18,956 nt of DNA from Vulcanimicrobiaceae bacterium (GTDB taxonomy: Bacteria; Vulcanimicrobiota; Vulcanimicrobiia; Vulcanimicrobiales; Vulcanimicrobiaceae): contig JBHEMM010000036.1 of NCBI GenBank assembly GCA_046262595.1, forward strand, positions 5,885 through 24,840, given 5' to 3'. The position numbers and the translations under genes were made by a program. The notes beneath the pieces were generated by a model that was not told the DNA's origin, did no database searches, and was given only the letters and a program-made list of their open reading frames with translations. The number at the start of each line of letters is the position of its first letter. The stretch's first letter is position 1. Positions 14,216-18,956 of this stretch are shown here, piece after piece.

Positions 14216-15757
14216 CTAACCTACGGTGTGTGCGGGAATGGTTCCTCGACGTGTCCGGTCTTGGCGCGGAACCCCTTCAAGGACGGCGCGCGCATGACTG
14301 CCGCCGTTGGGGCGCTGCGCCACGGCAAACTCCTTTGTCAGACTTGAGACGATGAACAAGCCGCGTCCGCGTTCGCTCAGCACGTTGTCGGGAAGTCTTG
14401 GGGTATGGCGGAAGCCCGGTCCGCCGTCCAGCACGTGAAGCACGGGACGCTCGGCCTTCCATTCGAGCGTAATGTCGGCCCACCGCGGCGCGTACCGTAC
14501 GACATTGCCGACCAGTTCGCCGAACACCACTTCCGCCGCCGCGCGTTCCGCGCGCGCTACGCCGCCCTTTTCCAACTCGCCTAAAAATTCCGCGCGCACG
14601 GCCGCCGCCATGTCGGCATCGCTGACGTCGAACGACCAATGCAGCAAGCGCTCCGAGCGTTCGACATGCCAGACCGTCATCACGGCGACGTCGTCGCGCG
14701 CGCCGTCTTTGAGCACCGCATCGTGAATCGCCAGCGCCACGTTCGGCGCCTCGAGCACGTCTTGGTTCATCACTGCTTTGCGTAGCCGCTCTTCGCCCGC
14801 AAGCATATCTCGCGTTGCCTCGGTCAAGCCGTCGGTATACAGCACGAGCAGCGAGCCGACCGGCATGCTGATGCTTTGCACGCTGCGCGGAATGTGAAAC
14901 GGAACGCCGAGCGGCGCTCCTTCGGCGAGAAGTTCCTGCAGCGTTCCGTCCGCTAAACGCAGGACGGGCCGCGGGTGCCCGGCCGTCGCATACGTAAGCA
15001 CACTGCTCGCCGGATCGAACAGGCCCACGAACGCGGTCACCAGGGCTTGCGGATCTTCGGCTTGCAGCGCGCGATCGGCGGCATCGAGCATCGTCGAAGG
15101 ATCGTCGTGGACTTGCGCGACGCCGCGCACCAGTTGGCGCACGTTCGCCATTGCAACGGCCGCGTCCAATCCGGAACCGCACACATCGCCGATGGAGAGC
15201 ATCACACGCCCGTCGGCAAGCTGCAGCGCGTCGTACCAATCGCCTCCGATCTGGCTTTCGTCCATGCCCGGGCGGTAAAACGAACTGAACGTCAAGCCGG
15301 GAATCTGGGGCAGGGAACGCGGCAGCGCGGCTTTCTGAAAACGCTGCGCGACGCGGCGCTCGTGCTTGTACGCGCTCGAAACGCTGCGCAGCTTCAGCGA
15401 GAGCCGGCGCGCTTTGATCAAGCTCTCGACGCGGGCGCGCATCTCGACCTTTGAGAGCGGGCGCAGCACGACGTCGTCAACGACGGCCCAGAGCTCGTTG
15501 GTCATGTACGTGATGCTGCGCCGGTCGCTGAGCAGCAGAACCGGCAGCATCACCGGTTCGATGATGCTGCGTTCGAGCGAAAGGCGCTGTGCATTCGCCT
15601 TCAAACACGAGCCGTCCAGAATCACCAGATCGGGTTCGGGCGGGGCCTCGCTTTCTTCATCGGGGAACGCGAACAGCACCTCGTACTGCGGCACGAGGAG
15701 TTGCGCGAGCAAGGTGCGGTTCTCGCGGTTCGAAAGCAGGATGAGGACGCGCTCCAC
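14216..15757 (-). CDS. Atypical receiver + SpoIIE/PP2C phosphatase + RsbW-like HATPase fusion protein (513 aa)
   Basis: REC-like N-terminus (RVLILL, DLVILDG, PVLLLS, DDVVLRP). PP2C motifs GGDWYD, GDVCG, LYTDG, RDD. HATPase boxes ELVGN, DGGPG, GRGLFIV. GTG 15757 lies 1 nt after the upstream stop. Confidence 0.9.
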   Translation of the reverse strand: MERVLILLSNRENRTLLAQLLVPQYEVLFAFPDEESEAPPEPDLVILDGSCLKANAQRLSLERSIIEPVMLPVLLLSDRRSITYMTNELWAVVDDVVLRPLSKVEMRARVESLIKARRLSLKLRSVSSAYKHERRVAQRFQKAALPRSLPQIPGLTFSSFYRPGMDESQIGGDWYDALQLADGRVMLSIGDVCGSGLDAAVAMANVRQLVRGVAQVHDDPSTMLDAADRALQAEDPQALVTAFVGLFDPASSVLTYATAGHPRPVLRLADGTLQELLAEGAPLGVPFHIPRSVQSISMPVGSLLVLYTDGLTEATRDMLAGEERLRKAVMNQDVLEAPNVALAIHDAVLKDGARDDVAVMTVWHVERSERLLHWSFDVSDADMAAAVRAEFLGELEKGGVARAERAAAEVVFGELVGNVVRYAPRWADITLEWKAERPVLHVLDGGPGFRHTPRLPDNVLSERGRGLFIVSSLTKEFAVAQRPNGGSHARAVLEGVPRQDRTRRGTIPAHTVG

Positions 15758-15758
15758 G

Positions 15759-17225
15759 TCAGAGGGCGCCCTCGCGCACCCGCGGCGCATTTCCGAACAT
15801 GCCGTTGAAATCGACAACCGGATCGCCGACGATGATGCCGTCCGAACGCAATTCGAACCGGTGAATGCACTTGTCGAAATCGCTCAACCGCTTCTTGAGC
15901 ACGCCGATGACCCGCCCGATCTGTGCGTGCGCGCTGTTGTGTTCCTCGATGTAGCGCATGAACAGCACGTTGTCCGCCAGATAGCTCACGCCGACCTCGG
16001 AGACCCGGAAATCGTCCAAATGCAGCGCTTCGTTCACCAGCAGCAGCGTGACGCCGACGTTCTGCAGATAGCGCCCCAGCGCGTGCAGGCGTTCGTTGAG
16101 ATCGTCGCCGCGCATCGAGAGCTTGTAGCCGCTGATGCTGTCGATCATCACAATGCGGGTTCCATTATCTTCAACGTCTTTGCGTACTAAGTTGGCGAAC
16201 TCGTCGCCTGAAAATTGCAGCGCTTCGATGGCGGTGACGCTGAGGGTTCCGGCCTTGCACATTTCTTCGACCGGGATGCCGACCTGTTCGCAGCGGCGCA
16301 GCAGCGTGGACTTGGGCTCATCAAACGTGTAGGCCGCGCTGCGCTCGCCGCGTGCCGCGGCTTCTTTGACGAATTGCATGCCGACGGTCGTCTTGCCGAC
16401 GCCGCTGGGCCCAGTGAGCAGCGTGATGGTTCCGCGCTCAATGCCGCCGTTCATCATGGCGTCCAGCGCCGGCAAACCCCACGAGAGCACCTCGAGTTTG
16501 AACTCGCTACCGTACCTTGCGGGAATGAGCCGCGGATAGACCACGGCACCGCGTTCGGACAGACGCAGCGTGTGCTCTCCGCCGCGGTAATCGGATCCCC
16601 GGAACTTGGTAATGCGCAGCGTGCGGTGCCGGTCTTCGGGAAGCAGCTCCACGACGCCGTCGCACAAGAAGCGCAAGTCGTCGTCAGGCGCCTCCGCGCT
16701 GGATTCGGCCGTAATCAGAATGCAGCCGCCGCCGGTCAAGAGATACCGCAGAAGGGAGAGCGTCTGGCGACGGAACTCTGGCGGATCTTTGGCCAAATAC
16801 CGCAGCGAGGTCATCGAATCGATGAACACGCGCCGCGGCTTCGCTTGCGTGACTGCTTCGATGATCGCCTCGGTCGTGGGGCCCAGCTCCACTTCGGCGG
16901 CGCTAAAAATGTCGTAGCTTTGAATCTTTTCGAACGTGTCCGACGAGGGGCTCAAGTCGCAGAACGTCACGCCGCCAGTCTCGAAACCCATCGCCGCTGC
17001 ATTCGCGCGCAGTTCCGCTTCGGGTTCACCGAACGTGATGAACATGACGGGCTCGCCCTGCGCCGCGCCGGCGGTCAGAAAATGCCAACCCAGGGTCGTT
17101 TTCCCGCCGCCCGGCGGACCGGTCAGGAGATAGGTCCGTCCGCCGATGAGCCCACCGTTCAACACTTCGTCGAATCCGGGCACACCGGTCCCTACCCGTG
17201 GTTGCCGCCTGCCGTTTGTGCTCAC
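15759..17225 (-). CDS. KaiC-like (KaiC/GvpD/RAD55 superfamily) double RecA-domain ATPase (about 488 aa)
   Basis: TGVPGFDEVLNGG, Walker A GPPGGGKT and GPSGVGKT, Walker B VFIDS and VMIDS, KFRGS, SYLADN, KKR. GGAG precedes GTG 17225; alternative ATG at 17246. Confidence 0.92.
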   Translation of the reverse strand: MSTNGRRQPRVGTGVPGFDEVLNGGLIGGRTYLLTGPPGGGKTTLGWHFLTAGAAQGEPVMFITFGEPEAELRANAAAMGFETGGVTFCDLSPSSDTFEKIQSYDIFSAAEVELGPTTEAIIEAVTQAKPRRVFIDSMTSLRYLAKDPPEFRRQTLSLLRYLLTGGGCILITAESSAEAPDDDLRFLCDGVVELLPEDRHRTLRITKFRGSDYRGGEHTLRLSERGAVVYPRLIPARYGSEFKLEVLSWGLPALDAMMNGGIERGTITLLTGPSGVGKTTVGMQFVKEAAARGERSAAYTFDEPKSTLLRRCEQVGIPVEEMCKAGTLSVTAIEALQFSGDEFANLVRKDVEDNGTRIVMIDSISGYKLSMRGDDLNERLHALGRYLQNVGVTLLLVNEALHLDDFRVSEVGVSYLADNVLFMRYIEEHNSAHAQIGRVIGVLKKRLSDFDKCIHRFELRSDGIIVGDPVVDFNGMFGNAPRVREGAL

Positions 17226-17360
17226 CGTTTGTTCTCTCCGCGTCATAAGGAAGCGAGGTACTGGTTCCCTTTTTGAGGCGGGAATAAAACACCGATCGCC
17301 AGCGGAGCACGCACAGAATACCAGCGCGTGCGCATGGACGCGGGGGTTGCGACAAAGGCA

Positions 17361-17389
17361 AAAGGACGGGTGCGGCATTGGGGCCAAGC
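17361..17389 (+). promoter_or_regulatory. Putative alternative-sigma promoter AAAGG-N18-CCAAGC, 8 nt before ATG 17398
   Basis: No SD before ATG 17398; same geometry as the other copies. Confidence 0.5.
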
Positions 17390-17397
17390 GCGCAGAA

Positions 17398-18432
17398 ATG
17401 CTTAACCGCTCGAAATTTCTGGCCGCCACAACGGCAGCCGCGGCTGCAACCGCAAGTGCGGCTGCAGCCGAAACACCGTTAATGGCAGCCGCCGCAACGC
17501 CGGCAACGCCGCCAACGATAAAGCCGCCGCGGCTGCGTGCGGGCGACGCTGTCGGGCTGATTTCGCCTGCCGGACCGATGAACTCGGCGGACGACCTCAA
17601 GCACGGCATCGCGCAGATCGAACTGCTCGGGCTGCGCGCGGTCGTGGGCAAACATGCGATGGATAAAGCGGCCTACCTTGCCGGCAGCGATGCGGCGCGC
17701 GCGGAAGACGTCAACACGTTCGCGCGCGATGCGCAGATCCGCGGCGTCTTCGCGCTGCGCGGCGGTTACGGGACCATGCGCATTCTGGACGCAATCGACT
17801 ACGCGGCATTCCAAGCCGATCCGAAAATCGTTTTAGGGTTTTCCGATCTCACCGCGCTGCTCAATGCAATAACGCTGCGCACCGGACTCGTTACGTTCCA
17901 CGGACCGGTCGCCGCCTATTCCACGTACACGCCGGCCGTCGTGCGCGAGATGCAAGCCGCGCTCATGTCGGGCGCACCGATCGGCACGCTGCACAACACC
18001 TCGACGGTGACCGTCACACCGGGCAGCGTACGCGGCAAACTGGTGGGCGGAAATCTGACGCTGGTCAATGCGGTGGACGGCACGCCGTATGCGGTGCCGT
18101 TCGAGAACAACATCCTGCTCATCGAAGACGTGCACGAAGAGCCGTATCAGGTCGATCAGCTGCTCACCACACTCTTATTGCGCGGCAAACTGCAAAGCAC
18201 GGCCGGCATTGCCGCCGGTGTTTTCATGGAACCCGATCGCAAACAAGCCGAAGAACCCTCGCCCGAGCTGGCGGCGACGCTGCGCGACCGGCTGGCGCGC
18301 GCCGGCCGCCCCGCCGCCTACGGCATGCAGTTCGGGCACATTCTGAACCAGTGGATCCTTCCGATCGGTATGGACGCGGCGTTCGATGCAAGCGCCGGAA
18401 CGCTAACGATTGCGCAGGCCGCGACCCAGTAG
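17398..18432 (+). CDS. LD-carboxypeptidase, peptidase S66 family, with Tat-like signal (344 aa)
   Basis: KPPRLRAGD, YLAGSDAARA, RGGYG, GFSD (Ser), FHGP, GGNL, IEDVHE (Glu), FGH (His), LPIG. Confidence 0.93.
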   Translation: MLNRSKFLAATTAAAAATASAAAAETPLMAAAATPATPPTIKPPRLRAGDAVGLISPAGPMNSADDLKHGIAQIELLGLRAVVGKHAMDKAAYLAGSDAARAEDVNTFARDAQIRGVFALRGGYGTMRILDAIDYAAFQADPKIVLGFSDLTALLNAITLRTGLVTFHGPVAAYSTYTPAVVREMQAALMSGAPIGTLHNTSTVTVTPGSVRGKLVGGNLTLVNAVDGTPYAVPFENNILLIEDVHEEPYQVDQLLTTLLLRGKLQSTAGIAAGVFMEPDRKQAEEPSPELAATLRDRLARAGRPAAYGMQFGHILNQWILPIGMDAAFDASAGTLTIAQAATQ

Positions 18433-18451
18433 ACGCAAGTATTCGCCATGC

Positions 18452-18955
18452 TCAGGTCTGCGCACGAAGCTGCTCGACCAGCCGCAAAGCATCGCTCGCG
18501 GCCGCACCGCTTGCCGTGTTATCGAAAATGCACCACGCATTGGGCGCAGCACGCAAACGGTGCGCGATCGATGCAATCGCCGCGTCGTCGTAGGATGCGT
18601 AGTAGACGCGCGGCGACCCATGCAGACGAATGTACGTCAAGCTGCGGCTGCCGCCGGGAAACGCCGCTTGCGCAACCGGCGCAGGGTCTGCCGCGACGCG
18701 CGCCACGCCGATCGCTTCGAGCCACGCGTTCGCGTCATCGTCGAACCAACCGGCATGCCGCGGCTCGAGAACGACGGTTCCTCCGTAAAGTGACTGCAGC
18801 GTCGTGAAGAACGCGCGTGCCACTGCCGCATCGTACGCGAGTTTGGGCGGCAGCTGCACGAGCAAAACCTCGCGCTTACTGCCGAGCGCGGCGGTTTCTT
18901 CAAGAAACGCTGCAAGCAATTCGCGGCAATCGACGAGTTTGCGCACATGCGTGAT
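18452..18955 (-). CDS. DUF72 family protein, C-terminal part (5' end outside window)
   Basis: Frame runs off the window end. Motifs ITHVRKL, LLVQLPP, EPRHAGW, ADP, YIRLHG, IFDNTA. Confidence 0.93.
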   Translation of the reverse strand: MTHVRKLVDCRELLAAFLEETAALGSKREVLLVQLPPKLAYDAAVARAFFTTLQSLYGGTVVLEPRHAGWFDDDANAWLEAIGVARVAADPAPVAQAAFPGGSRSLTYIRLHGSPRVYYASYDDAAIASIAHRLRAAPNAWCIFDNTASGAAASDALRLVEQLRAQT

Positions 18956-18956
18956 C

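Noticed and set aside
14205..14225. Intrinsic terminators at convergent junctions (397/402, 7620/7627, 14211/14216, 18432/18452)
   Set aside because: Gaps are 19 bp or less, or the genes overlap, with no convincing hairpin plus U-tract.
15759..17225. Circadian clock locus
   Set aside because: No kaiA/kaiB in the window and non-canonical phosphosites; called KaiC-like only.

Overview
GC-rich bacterial chromosomal window with no rRNA, tRNA, CRISPR array or mobile element that I can support. Left part: the 3' end of a Crp/Fnr regulator, then a convergent minus-strand polyhydroxyalkanoate (PHA) cluster: phaB, phaB, phaC, an XRE-family regulator resembling Rv0474/MLDSR, and a phasin-like gene. 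No phaA, phaR or phaZ is in the window. Middle: three small + strand genes (one resembles a permuted papain-like enzyme whose putative catalytic His lies upstream of any canonical start), a short SNF2 helicase, a GlsB/YeaQ/YmgE gene and two tandem secreted BNR/VPS10 beta-propeller proteins of about 1000 aa. Right: a KaiC-like double ATPase coupled to an atypical receiver-PP2C-HATPase fusion, an S66 LD-carboxypeptidase and a partial DUF72 gene. The most notable signals are non-coding. (1) A shared 20-bp palindrome, GyGCTArG-N4-CCTAGCrC, covers the putative -10 boxes of both the phasin-like gene and the phaB-phaC-regulator unit. This suggests a PhaR-independent PHA granule regulon run by a lipid-droplet-type regulator. 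(2) A recurrent AAGG-N18-nnAArC element, sigma-H-like by inference, lies exactly 8 nt before the ATG of several SD-less genes, implying leaderless mRNAs. All family assignments come from motif recognition by eye; no searches were run.
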